Positions 1 through 11,561 are shown, counted from the first letter of the stretch. The stretch is DNA of 64,000 nucleotides from Octopus vulgaris (GCA_951406725.2 OX597822.1:79422001-79486000); one strand, 5' to 3'. Notes: generated by a model from the sequence alone, not told the origin. Numbers and translations are program-made.

Positions 1-313
1 AATTGCTATTTTTACTTTTGTTATGTTACGATTATATTATAGTTTGATTTTAATTATTACTTACTACATATAATTCAATTGTTATTATTATTTCTATTGT
101 TAAAGTGAAAGTATCTGACATAAAATAGAGAAATGTTTTTGTTTCACTTTTAACAAGTAGTACTGAAATAGTGGAGAAGATATGATATTGCTATGGGCTC
201 GCTCTAGGCAAGAAGTTGAACTTTTTTTTTGCCCATGAAACTACATGGACCCTAAGTAAGGCATGTGTAAAATTTGAATGAAATTGGTTGTGTAGTTCTC
301 AAGTTTTAGGGAA

Positions 314-373
<60 letters not shown>

Positions 374-396
374 TCTCAGTTTTATATATATAAAGA
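1..396 (-). mobile_element. Non-autonomous Helitron-like element, 5' part (runs off window start)
   Basis: Minus strand begins A|TCTTTATATATATAAAA, then (TG)n/(TCTG)n and CAACCAATTTCATTCAAATTTTACACA. Same layout as the complete element at 17263-17647. Confidence 0.65.
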
Positions 397-780
397 TATC
401 ACTTAAAGTTTCTTGGGCTGCAGACTACTTCCAAACTGTCGGGGAAGAGAGAATTTAAAAGAAATTCAAAGTGTATTTGACTTGAACAAGAAACCCGTAG
501 ATCATCAAGCCTCATGCAAACTAAACTGAGAATTAACATAACATGACGTCACTGTGGCTGTGGAAAAGGAGCCGTGCTATTAACCGTAACCAACTGGAGA
601 GTGTCCAAGAATAAGGACACAAAACTCTAAGTAACAAAATGCTGTGAGGTGGGGCATTAACGTTGTATGTTATCTAAAATATTATGTTATTTGTTTTTAC
701 TTTATTACTTTATGTGTAATTTACGCGTATGTTATCACACTGACAAAGACATTACGAACTAAATATCTGTGTGTGTGTCA

Positions 781-848
<68 letters not shown>

Positions 849-880
849 GCTGAACCGCTAAGTTACTCGGACGTAATCTG

Positions 881-948
<68 letters not shown>
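781..948. repeat. (GTCT)n/(CTAT)n microsatellite
   Basis: Direct reading; interrupted at 849-876 by a SINE fragment. Confidence 0.95.
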
Positions 949-949
<1 letters not shown>

Positions 950-1149
950 GTGTATATGTGCGAGTGTGTGTCTGTGTATAATTTAAATAATTATCTATCT
1001 GTGTGATGTGTGTGTGTGTGTGTTAGTAACTTAAATAATTTGTTGTTTGTCTTGCTATGTAAATGAACCGCACCGCACACAATCTTATTCACACGTTGGA
1101 TAAACAACTCCACGCAGCTCTCTTTCGCTGATTTGAAAGGCAAACGTAA

Positions 1150-1192
1150 GCAATCTCTGATGAGTTTTAAGAAAGACGAAACTAGTCGACCC
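1150..1192 (+). ncRNA. Minimal hammerhead ribozyme-like motif (stem I degenerate)
   Basis: CTGATGA (1157-1163), stem II GTTTT-aaga-AAGAC, GAAA, palindromic ACTAGT, cleavage triplet GTC ending 1187. Confidence 0.6.
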
Positions 1193-2161
1193 AAACATTG
1201 TAAACTCCCATTAAAAGGAATTGGGCCACTTGGTTAAGCCACCAGGCATAATTCTGTACCGACATTAAATATGTACTTATTAAACATATGCATATGACAC
1301 CGTATCCATCAAACCATACACACATACATGCATGCACTCGCATATATATGTATATAAGTGTGTATGTGTGTATAATTAGATTATAGGTGTGTGTATGTCA
1401 TATACAGTCTTTCCTTGATATCTTACTCCACACTTCAGGTATTGCACAAGGCTTGTATAAGTGGTGTAATTGTGTCTAAGTAGTTTATGACCGATTAAAA
1501 ACCTAGCTAGTCCCACTTCTCGTAGATGTAAATGAGTGGGAGCGAGGCAAGTGTCTTCTTGAATTCTGTATGAAGACATTATCTTCATTGAGTGTCCTCC
1601 TGACCCGATTAGATTCTTGAGATTCACGAGCTACGTGCATACATAATAAAAACAGGAATACCAATATATTCCTTCACACGTACTATAAAATTATTTTTTT
1701 CAAAATATATCAGTCGTAGAAGATAAAAACATTTGGGGTGTAACAAAATCAGGGTAGGTCTGATATGTGTTCTCGACGCCAAATTGTTTGCTGCGCATTT
1801 TTAGACTTTTAATTTTTAGTTAACGTATATTATATTCTTTCTGAAATGTACCGGTGCCATCTCTCTCTTTCTTTATCTCTGATTGTCAGTCTATCTGTCT
1901 GACTATTTGTCTATCTGTCTGCTTGTCTGTCTATGTCTGTCTGCCTGCCTGCCTGCCTGCTTACCTGTCTATCTGTATGTCTGCCTGTGTGTGTGTCTCT
2001 CTCTCACTGTCACTCTCTCTCTATATATGGATCTACATATCTATATGTCTCTCTGCTTGCCTATCTGTCTGTCTGTCTATCAATCTGTGTGTGTGTCTCT
2101 GTCTATCTGTCTCTATCTATCAGTCTAGCTTTTCTCTCCCTCCCTCTATCAAGTCTTCACT

Positions 2162-2258
<97 letters not shown>

Positions 2259-2879
2259 ACATAAATAAAAAAAAAAAACGAACCAAGAATGTAACGGGTG
2301 ACAATGAAAACATACGGACAGAACGACGATACAAGACGGACAGGAAAACCAGGACGGAATATTCGTGGCTCTCTATTCATCAGTGAAGATTCCAATTATC
2401 ACTACAGTTTCGGCCTGTTACACTTGAGACTATTCAAAATTGGTAGGTTCCAAAAATCTAAGCTAAGGGCATTAAATTTTTGGAAGAAAGCGGGCGTATA
2501 TGTGCGACAATACGGACAATAAAAACCAGAAAACGGAAAATTTGTTACACGATTACAAATACAAACAAGAATAACAACAGGTGTTTTTCGACAAAAAGGA
2601 CAAGATATATGTATATATGTGTGTGTGTGTGTGTGTGTGTGAATGTAGGGTAAAGTAAGGGATCACGGAATTCATTTTCTCAAACGTGCGGTTCCAGGTT
2701 AGATGCCGTGAAGTGGTATCATTATTTTACTTTGACCGTAGAACGGAGTGATATTTGGTAGACAGGGGAGCTAACCTCTACGACTAAACTGGATTGTTTT
2801 TCTCAAATCTGTTGTGTTCCTTTTTAGTAGGAATTTTGATGGGAATGTTCCAATATTATGTATGTGTACAGATGGTTGT

Positions 2880-3060
2880 GAGCTAGAAGAATCGTTAGCA
2901 CACTAGAAAACATGCTTAGCGGCATTTGTTCCGACTCTTTACGTTCTGAGTACAAATACCGCCGAGGTCGACTAAGCCTTTCATTCAAATGAGCGCTGGG
3001 GTTGATGTAATCGACTTGCCCCTTCTCCAAAATTTTGGGCCTTGTGCCTAATGTTAAACG
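2880..3060 (+). mobile_element. tRNA-derived SINE family A, degenerate
   Basis: AGAATCGTTAGCAC...ACGTTCTGAGTACAAATACCGCCGAGGTCGAC matches the other family A copies. Confidence 0.85.
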
Positions 3061-3074
3061 AATCCGTATGTATG

Positions 3075-3595
3075 TGCAATTATTTACTTTTATTTCGATA
3101 TTTCTTGTTAATGGAGAATGATCCGGTTTCTAACCTTTATTGGAATTTAAACATCAATAGGGTAGTTGTTCATGTCTGTGTGTATATGTGCAAGTATTTG
3201 GAGTCAGTGCATGTGCAGGTATGTACGTTTTGTTTTATGTACGTATACTCATACATACAATTGCACGTCTAGAATGTGTATATGTATATATATGCTAACT
3301 TTTGGATAGTTTTACACATTGTGACTGTTCCGTTGATGGTTTGTAATACTGTAATTAGTTTTCTCCTCCCTAGCTTTGGGAACCTTAATTTTTCAGGATT
3401 GGCACTGAGGCAGTTTGTTACACACCCTCGTGCAATAATAATTACTGGTACGAATCCGAAAGGGTAATCCGAGTGGAGTAGCTGTAAATTTCTCAATAGT
3501 TTAGTGAAGGTGTTTTCATTCCCACCGATCTTTAGCTTTATGTTGACATCCGCAAGGTAACTAATTCTCTTCAGAGAAGTTTCTCTGGTCCATCA
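3075..3595 (-). mobile_element. 3' end of REL-endonuclease non-LTR retrotransposon, (CATA)n-associated family
   Basis: ORF 3269-3496 RNLQLL..FVPVIIIARG..CKTIQK is homologous to 4384-4599. The shared 3' UTR is followed by CATACATAC. Confidence 0.75.
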
Positions 3596-3599
3596 TGTT

Positions 3600-4015
3600 T
3601 GCATTCTATTAAGGTATTTACGAACTGATGGAAGGCAAGCGCATGCAAAAAGGATAGAAAGAAAAAAACACTTCAAGGCAAGGATACACTCAAATCCCCA
3701 CTAGAGAGCTTCGAGATCATTCCCAACGCCCGGGAGGCGCAAGCGCAAGACCGCCTTGCCTGGCGAAGCTGTGCCACAAGAGGTTCCACCTCCTACGAAC
3801 AGAGCGGGATTGCAGTGGCACAAAGAAAAACGCAAACTGTGCAACTCCAGCGCCAACTCCTTGCCTTCAGTCCTTGCTGGCCACTGATGCCTGATCTACG
3901 TCAGAACGTTCCGAGCATACATTGGACTGATTGGCCACAGTTTGGACACACCGTGACCCATCTTCTCCATGTGATGCCCTCGGTCATCATCCGCAACCAC
4001 AAAGGAACTAATATA
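3600..4015 (+). mobile_element. RTE-clade LINE 3' fragment
   Basis: Frameshifted translation ELMEGKR..KDTLKS..EAQAQDRLAWR..RTFRAYIGLIGH matches the typical RTE/BovB C-terminus. Confidence 0.7.
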
Positions 4016-4025
4016 ATATGATATA

Positions 4026-4026
<1 letters not shown>

Positions 4027-4056
<30 letters not shown>

Positions 4057-4126
4057 TGTATGTATGTATGTATGTATGTATGTATGTATGTATGTATGTA
4101 TGTATGTATGTATGTATGTATGTATG
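4027..4126. repeat. (TATG)n microsatellite, tail or target of adjacent retroelement
   Basis: Direct reading. Confidence 0.95.
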
Positions 4127-4663
4127 TCATTATTCAGTTTCATTTCAATAAAGAAAGAGCTGGTTTCTCACCTAGATCCAAGGTTCCTTCACTGGAATTT
4201 CAACATTAACAACAGGATATTTTTGCTTGTATGTATGTATGTATGTATGTATGTATGTATGTATGTATGTATGTATGTATGTATGTATGTATGTATGTAT
4301 GTATGTATGTATGTGCAAATTTGTATGTTTTCTGTATGTATTTTCATGCATATAGTTCCATATCTAGACATGCTCTTATATACTTAAATGGTAAACTTCT
4401 GGAAAGTTTTACAGATATTTATAGTTCCAGTGATGGATTGGATCTGTAGTCTTCGAACCAGCTTTCTCCTCTCTGGTTTTGAGAAGCCTAATTTCTCAAG
4501 ATTGATATTTAGGCAGTGTGTTACATATCCCAGTTCCCCAATAATTACAGGTATAAACCTGAACTTGTAATCTGGATAGAGCAACTGCAGATTTCTCAAT
4601 AGTTCAACATGGGTGTTTAGTTTTTCACTGATCTTCAGCTTTATGTTAACATCCGCCGGGCAA
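4127..4663 (-). mobile_element. 3' end of REL-endonuclease non-LTR retrotransposon, (CATA)n-associated family
   Basis: PADVNIKLKISEK..LLRNLQLLYPDYKFRFIPVIIGELG..ICKTFQKFTI*. The 3' UTR has an internal (CATA)n and ends ...CTGAATAATGA-(CATA)n. The 5' junction also lies in (CATA)n. Confidence 0.8.
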
Positions 4664-4664
4664 T

Positions 4665-4793
4665 GTATGTATGTATACGTACAGATTTGTGTTTTGTTTT
4701 ATGAATGTCTTCTCGTGCACATACATGCATATCTAGACATGCTCATATATACTTAAATGATGAACTTTTGGAAAGTTTTACAGATTTTTACAT
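4665..4793 (-). mobile_element. Very short third copy of the (CATA)n-associated retroelement
   Basis: VKICKTFQKFII* plus start of 3' UTR, flanked by (CATA)n 4795-4885. Confidence 0.75.
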
Positions 4794-4803
4794 TGTATGT
4801 ATG

Positions 4804-4837
<34 letters not shown>

Positions 4838-5153
4838 TGTATGTATGTATGTATGTATGTATGTATGTATGTATGTATGTATGTATGTGTGTATGTACTA
4901 GAGCCGAACACGGGTTTCAAAATAGCGGCGGAATACCGGTATTGCAAAAAACAAACAAACAAAAAAAGAACAACAACAAAATACACAAACAAACAGAAAC
5001 AAAAATCGATGTCATAAATGACAGCCCTAATATACTTTGTGGCCTATATTCGTAAGTACTTCATAAAATTACGGAACAGTTATTTTTTCTTCTACTCAAC
5101 CAATCATAATGGCTAAACAGTAAATAATAACTAAATAGTGAAAATGACTCAGT

Positions 5154-5476
5154 GGGTAGCAGTGGCTCAGTGGTTAGAGCGTCGAGCTTACAATCGTGAG
5201 ATTGTGAGTTCGAATCTGTGTGTTGTGTTCTTGAGCAAGACACTTTATTTCACGTTGCTGCAGTTCACTCAGCTGTAGAAATGAGTTGCGACGTCACAGG
5301 TGCCAAGCTGTATCGGCCTTTGCCTTTCCCTTGGATAACACTGGTGGCGTAGAGAGGGGAGTCCGGTATGCATGGGCGACTGCTGGTCTTCCAAAAACAT
5401 TCTTTCCTGGACTTGAGCCTGGGAGGGTAACTTCCTAGGTGCAATCCCATGGTCAGTCATGACCGAAGGGAGTCTC
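5154..5476 (+). mobile_element. tRNA-derived SINE (family D-type head)
   Basis: A box TGGCTCAGTGG, B box GAGTTCGAATC, then TTGAGCAAGACACTTTATTTCACGTTGCT shared with other copies. Confidence 0.85.
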
Positions 5477-5695
5477 AGCTCAGTAAAAATGATGAGCAAA
5501 TAGTAAAAGCTATTTCTACACAAGGCAGTGCAAAAGTAGGTATACAGTTATGAAAACAGACAACACGAACAATATTCTTTCATTTTTATCAAAAGAAAAA
5601 AAAAATTAAAAGTTACTATAAAAGTATTATTATGATTAATGACACTGAAAATATCAAAAATGAGGTAACTTTTAGTTTTTTTGATTAAAATAAAC

Positions 5696-5854
5696 GTAGG
5701 AGTGACTGTGTAGTAAGTAGCTTGCTTACCAACCACATGGTTCGGGGTTCAGTCCCACTGTGTGACACCTTGGGCAAATGTCTTCTACTATAGCCTCGGG
5801 ACCAAAACCTTGTGAGTGGATTTGGTAGACGAAAACTGAAAGAAGCCCGTCGTA

Positions 5855-5937
<83 letters not shown>

Positions 5938-6160
5938 GTTTGTGTGTCTGTGTTTGTCTCCCCAACATCGCCTGACAACCGGTGCTGGTGTGTTCACGTC
6001 CCCGTAACTTAGCGGTTCGGTAAAAAAGACCGATAGAATAAGTACTAGGCTTACAAAGAATAACTTCTGGGGTCGATTTGCTCCACTGAAGGCGGTGCTC
6101 CAGCATGGCCACTGTCACATGACTGAAACAAGTAAAAGAGTAAAAGATAGTAAGAGTAAA
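5696..6160 (+). mobile_element. tRNA-derived SINE family B (CORE-like segment, internal (TA)n/(TG)n)
   Basis: GGGTTCAGTCCC B box, CACCTTGGGCAA core-like motif, tail (GTAAAAGA)n; many copies in window. Confidence 0.9.
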
Positions 6161-6246
6161 ATACATGAGTATTGCACATGTTTTCTTTTTTCATAATTGT
6201 ATACCTACTTTTGAACCTCCTGTATAATAAAAAGTTAATACTGATT

Positions 6247-6449
6247 TCAAATTTTGGCACAAGGCCAGCAATTTTTTTTTTGGGAGGGGCGGTAAGTCGG
6301 TTACATCGACCCTCAGTGCTTCACTGGTACTTGCTTTATCGATACCGAAAGGATGAAAGGGAAAGTTGACCTCGGCGGAATTTGGACTCAGAACGTACCA
6401 GCTAAGCATTTCCCCGGCGCGGTGACGATTCTACCCCCTCGCTGCCTTA
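6247..6449 (-). mobile_element. SINE family A
   Basis: Reverse complement of family A consensus. Confidence 0.85.
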
Positions 6450-6542
6450 AATAGATTATGTTAAACTTAATAAGCTAAAATTACAGAAGCTGTATGTACT
6501 CCTATATCCCAATATAATGCATTCAAAATATTTTCTTCCTTT

Positions 6543-6748
6543 AAGGCGGCGAGCTGGTAGAAATGCTTAGTGGTATTTTGTCTGCCGCTACGTTCTGAGT
6601 TCAAATTCCGCCGAGGTCGACTTTGCCTTTCATCCTTTCGAGGTCGATAAATTAAGTACCTGTTGCGTACTGGAGTCGATCTAATCGACTGCCCCCCCAC
6701 CCCATCTCCCTACAAAGTTCGGGCCTCGTGCCTAGAGTAGAAAAGAAT
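6543..6748 (+). mobile_element. SINE family A
   Basis: AAGGCGGCGAGCTGG...GTTCTGAGTTCAAATTCCGCCGAGGTCGACTTTGCCTTTCATCCTTTCG...GTAGAAAAGAAT. Confidence 0.9.
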
Positions 6749-6828
6749 ATTTCCTTTCGCTAAGGCGGTGAGCTGGCAGAATCGTTAGCACGCTGGACGG
6801 AATGCTTTGCGGTATTTCGCCGTCGCTA

Positions 6829-8065
6829 CGAGGGGCGTTCAATAAGTAATGCCCCTGACCTACTTCCCATAGCAGTAGAGCAACGAAACTTGGCACAGTT
6901 ATTAGTCTTTTTCTACATAGGAACCACCCAGAGTTACGCATTTCTCCCATCGTTTGATGCAGCTCTGGAGACCGTTTTTGTAGAAGACCCCAGCTTGGTC
7001 CTCCAAACACGACGTGACTTCATAAAACAAGGCTGCATCAATTTCATGGCTGGGAAGAGGTGAAAATCAGAGGGTGCAAGGTCAAGAGAGTAGGAGGGTG
7101 AGGGAGGAGTTCATAGCCGCACGCCTGTGCTTCTGATCTTGGAGCAAGCGAGTTGTGGACCGGAGCGTTGTCCTGCAGGAGGAGGATGCCTTTGCTGATC
7201 TTGCCCCGCCTCTTGATTTTGATAGCTTCTCTTAATTTCCTCAAAAGTGAAGCATAATCGGCTCCTATAACTGAAATCTGTCATCACTACTCCGTCCTGG
7301 TCCCAGAAGACTGTAAGCATGACCTTGCCAGCGGAGGGCTGCACCCTTGCCTTCTTTGGAGGAGGTGAGTCACGGTGCTTTCACTGCATTGACTGGGCTT
7401 TGGTCTATGGATCATAGTGATGGACCCAGGTTTTATCCTGTGTGATCAGTCTTTTGAAAAATTTTGACTCATCTTCTTGGCACATCTCCAAATTCACCCT
7501 CGAGCACTCGACGCGTTCTTGCTTCTGGAAAGGTGTGAGCAACCTGGGAATCCATCTGGCAGACACCTTTTGCATATGCAAATGGTCACAAATGATAGTT
7601 TCCACAGACCCGGTACTAATCCTGACCTCATGGGCTATTTGGCGAATAGTTATGCGTCGATCTTCCAAAATGGCAGCCTCAACTTGACGGACAGATTCCT
7701 CATCAATGGCAGAAGGGGGCGACCAGATCTGGGAGCTGTTTCCACAGTTACGACTATGTTTTAATTCACGATGCCAGCGTTTTACAAGGTCATATGATGG
7801 GGCGTCATCACCATAAGTTACTTTCATTTCATCAAACGTCTCCCGCGGTGTGCGTCCTTTCAAATACAAAAACCGGATCACTGCTCGACATTCAACAGGC
7901 TCCATTTCACACTTGACTCAGTTCAAACACCTGTAAATCAGAAACCACAATTGGTTCAGAGCTGCCACTTAATCTATAGAGATATAAATAATTGCACATG
8001 CAAAATTTCAGCTAGATCAAACAACGGCAAGTGGGTCAGAGACATTACTTATTGAACGTCCCTCG
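6829..8065 (-). mobile_element. Full-length mariner (DD34D) transposon, 1237 bp
   Basis: About 32-bp TIRs CGAGGG(G/A)CGTTCAATAAGTAATG; TA duplication at 6827-28 and 8066-67. Confidence 0.95.
6902..7905 (-). pseudogene. Mariner transposase pseudogene (frameshifts, stop)
   Basis: HTH N-terminus, SARWIPRLL, ITQDKTWVHHYDP, GKVMLTVFWD, LLQDNAPVH, YSLDLAPSDFHLF, RWEKCVTLGGSYVEKD*. Confidence 0.92.
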
Positions 8066-8217
8066 TACGTTCTGAGTTCAAATTCCGCCGAGTTAGACTT
8101 TGCCTTTTATCTTTTCGGGGTCGATAAATTAAGTACCAGTGAAACACTGGGGATCGAAGCTATCGACTAGTCCCCTCCTACCAAATTCCAGGCCTTGTGC
8201 CTAGACTAGAAAAGAAT

Positions 8218-8625
8218 TGTTAGTGTGTCGGGCAAAATGCTTAGCAGCATTTCATCCGTCTTTACGTTCTTAGATCAAATTCCACCGAGATCGACTTTGC
8301 CTCTCATCCTTTCGGGGCCGATAAAATAAGTACCAGGTGAGTACTAGAGTCGAAGTAATCAGCTTATCCTCTCCTCGAAATTACTGGCCTTGTGCCAAAA
8401 TTTGAAACCAATATTTCCTTCCTTTGAAGGCAGCGAGATATCACAGTGGCTACCGCACCAGACAAAATGCTTAGCAGCATTTCTTCCGACTTTACGTTTT
8501 GAATTCAAATGCTTCCGAGGTCTATTGTGCTTTTCGCCTTTTCAGGGTCGATCTATAAGTATTAGTATAGCACTGAGGTCGATGTAATCAACTATCTCTC
8601 TTCCCTAAAACTGCCAAAATTTAAA
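8218..8625 (+). mobile_element. Two older tandem SINE family A copies
   Basis: Degenerate family A motifs repeated twice. Confidence 0.8.
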
Positions 8626-8687
8626 ACGGATATTTCCTTTCTTTCTTTTATCAATTCATTCGAGTTTCCAGCTTGCGTAAAGATGTA

Positions 8688-9224
8688 CAGGGTTATTCAA
8701 AAAGAAAGAGCAGATTTAAAATTTATTTTAAAAACAAACGGTAAGAGACACAAACACATATTTTTTTTATAGAGGAAAGCTTAAAGTTTATTTTAAGGTA
8801 GTATGCATTCAACATGAACACCATGAGCAACACCTTGAGCACCGGTGCTTTTCCCTTTACAAATACAACCTTTTTCTGTGAAATTTTTTATACCATTCGT
8901 AAATTTGCTTGTGACGAGATGGATTTTTATTGAACTAGCGGCGAAATTCACGTTGCACTTGCACAATCGATTCACATTCTCAAACAGCAGCATACAAAAA
9001 GACTTTTCTAGTGGCGTTGCCATTTTCTAAGGAATTACACAAATGAAAACTTTAAATAAAATGAACAAAATGAAACATTAAAGCAAAATTAAAATATTAT
9101 TTTATTTAAGGCTTAATTCAATTGATCATGTTCAGCTATAAACTTTAAACCTTCCCCTATCAAGAAATATGTAGAATGTGTTTGTGACTCTTAACGTTTG
9201 TTTTAAAATAAATTTGAATTCTGT
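8688..9224 (-). mobile_element. Internally deleted Tc1/mariner element with long TIRs (DUF4817-type N-terminal HTH)
   Basis: TA|CAGGGT terminus; about 100-bp imperfect inverted arms. Frameshifted MATPLEKSFC..KCESIVQVQREFRR..YEWYKKF..GCICKGKSTG is joined to a C-terminal HGVHVE. The other terminus is lost in (TA)n. Confidence 0.75.
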
Positions 9225-9351
<127 letters not shown>

Positions 9352-9650
9352 TCACAACCTATATAGGCGGCGCGGAACTACAGTAGAAGACGTTTACCGA
9401 AGGTGCCACGCTGTGGGACTGAACCTGAAACTAGGTGGTTGCAAAACGAACTTTTTAACGGCACTGTCATGGCTTCGTTTTAATGTTTAATGTTTATTTA
9501 TTTGTTTATTTTTAACCCCCATACCTCTAAGTGTTCCCCAGACACATTCCCCCTCACTCACGAAAAGGAAACCTCTAAACTCGAGACAACACATCGACTT
9601 CTTGATGTGTTTTGGTTACCTGCAACTCCTTACGGACGTTTCGGCTTCTA

Positions 9651-9891
9651 TTGGGTTGGTGCATAATTATTGCAGTTTTTTATCAACAAATTTTATTCAG
9701 CAAAAACAATAATATTTAACAAGAACATCTTTAAATGACGGTCTGACCAAGCAAATGGGAAGCAGTAATTGAAGTAGATGGTGAATATGCTCCGGAATAA
9801 TAATTTAAAGATGTTTCTGTTACACGTTGTTATTGTTTTTGTTGAATAAAATTTGTTGAAAAAAAGCTGCAATAATTATACACCAACCCAA
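9651..9891 (+). mobile_element. Mariner-derived MITE, 241 bp
   Basis: TA|TTGGGTTGGTGCATAATTATTGC ... GCAATAATTATACACCAACCCAA|TA; long TIRs; internal remnant KWEAVIEVDGEYAPE* of a transposase C-terminus. Confidence 0.9.
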
Positions 9892-10266
9892 TAGTAACTA
9901 ATTTTCCTCGGGCCCTAGAACTCATAATCCCGGTTTCCCGGTTTCCATCGCCGAGATTACAGCAGTCACCCTGAACAGGTCATTTGTCCGTTGCGGGGTT
10001 GAAGACTAGTTATTTCGAGGGGAGTTGGCAAGTCGACCCCCGAAGGGATGAAAGGCAATTTTTACCTCGGCTGAATTTGAACTCAGAACCTAAAGAATTA
10101 GAAGAAATGCCGCTAAGCATTTTGTCCGCCCCGCTAGTAATTCAGCCATCAGCCAGCCGAAATCCATGTATTTGTAAGTTTTTACTATACACACATGCAT
10201 GCACACACATGTACATACAGGTATGTATGTATGTGTGTGCGTGTGTGTGTGTGTGAATGCGTGTGA

Positions 10267-10311
<45 letters not shown>

Positions 10312-10659
10312 TGTAATGTGTGTACAGTATACTCAAAGTTTACAGACTGGAATATGTAAAAGAATAATTTAAAAGAGTAGGAGCGGGGTAAAAGAGTGAG
10401 GATACACGAAAGAGAGGGAGAGAGAGAAAGGAAGAGGAAGAGAGAGAAAGAAAGAGAGAGAGAAAGAAAGAGAGAGAGAGAGAGAGAGAGTGGTAGGGAG
10501 GAGACAAGATACATGGAGACATATGCAAAAAAGACAGAGATAGTAAATAGATAGCGTGTAAAGGAGAGGATGTATATGTATGTATGTATCTGCATGGTAT
10601 ATAGGTAAATTGAAAGGTAAGTAGGAAAGTAAGTAGATAAATACTTTGACAGAAAGACG

Positions 10660-10776
10660 ATGGTGTTGGTGGTGGTGGCGGCGGCGGCGGCGGCGGCGGT
10701 GGTGTTGGTGGCGGCGGCGGTGGCAGCAGTGGTAGCTGTGGTGTTGGAGGTGGTGGTGGTGCTGGTGGTGGTGGCG
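10660..10776. repeat. (GGT/GGC)n trinucleotide tract
   Basis: Direct reading. Confidence 0.9.
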
Positions 10777-11140
10777 CTAATTGAAGTAGACGTGTATGTT
10801 GTAGGTAAAGTTAAGGTAGTTAGCGGTGGTCTGCAACAGGTGGAGATCTTCACATGGGACTGCTACGATAAGTTCTGAGCACGAAAACACTTCTGCTCAT
10901 AGAAACCTCTGTGTTTCTACAAAATGCACACTGCCGGCAGCTCTCGACCCCCGCCACCATAGGACGGGTATGTATTATAAGTTTATGAAACCAGTTTTTT
11001 TTTTTTACTCCTGATCTTTCGTATCGGGCTGTTTGTTCCTTCGTTCGTACGTTCAAATTAACTCGGTTACCAACTTGTTCGTTAATTTTGTTCATTCCGC
11101 CTGTTTGCCCATTCATTCATTCATTCATTTTTACATTCTT

Positions 11141-11173
<33 letters not shown>

Positions 11174-11195
11174 GTCGTTGTCGTCGTCGTCGTCG

Positions 11196-11240
<45 letters not shown>

Positions 11241-11523
11241 CCATCATCGTCATGGATCCGCCTTTGCCTCATCCCGTCCTTATCCCTAACTCTTCATTGT
11301 TAAAAACCGTTTCACGTTCAGTGTTCAAATCTCACCTGGATCTAAAATTGGCTTTCATCCACTCCGAGGTCGATAAAATAAAATGATCGTTAAGCACTGG
11401 AATTATTCTAAGCGATTGATAATCCAAATCTTCAATTCCATAGTCTTGTGCCTTTAGCAGAAAATATTTTAAAAAACTTGTAAATTGGCGAAATCGTAAG
11501 ATCATTGAACAAAATGTCTTGTA

Positions 11524-11561
<38 letters not shown>

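Larger units (their letters stand above)
6762..8217 (+). mobile_element. SINE family A split by mariner insertion
   Basis: Left half ends GTCGCTA (6828); right half resumes TACGTTCTGAGTTC (8066). Confidence 0.9.

Noticed and set aside
4160-4200. Hammerhead-like look of the retroelement 3' UTR (TGAAGGA..AGAAACC; also about 22690-22722)
   Set aside because: Core boxes are non-canonical in both copies and no stem I; more likely an ordinary 3' stem-loop.
4899-5029. Possible hAT MITE (TAGAGCCG...CAGCCCTA)
   Set aside because: Termini only weakly complementary and no matching 8-bp duplication.
5154-5220. tRNA-like A/B boxes here and at 28851, 33003, 37637
   Set aside because: They continue into SINE bodies and lack a proper acceptor stem; not tRNA genes.
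9630-9915. Hammerhead (CCGAGGA...GAAACGTC on minus) split by the MITE
   Set aside because: Neither stem I nor stem II pairs after removing the MITE.
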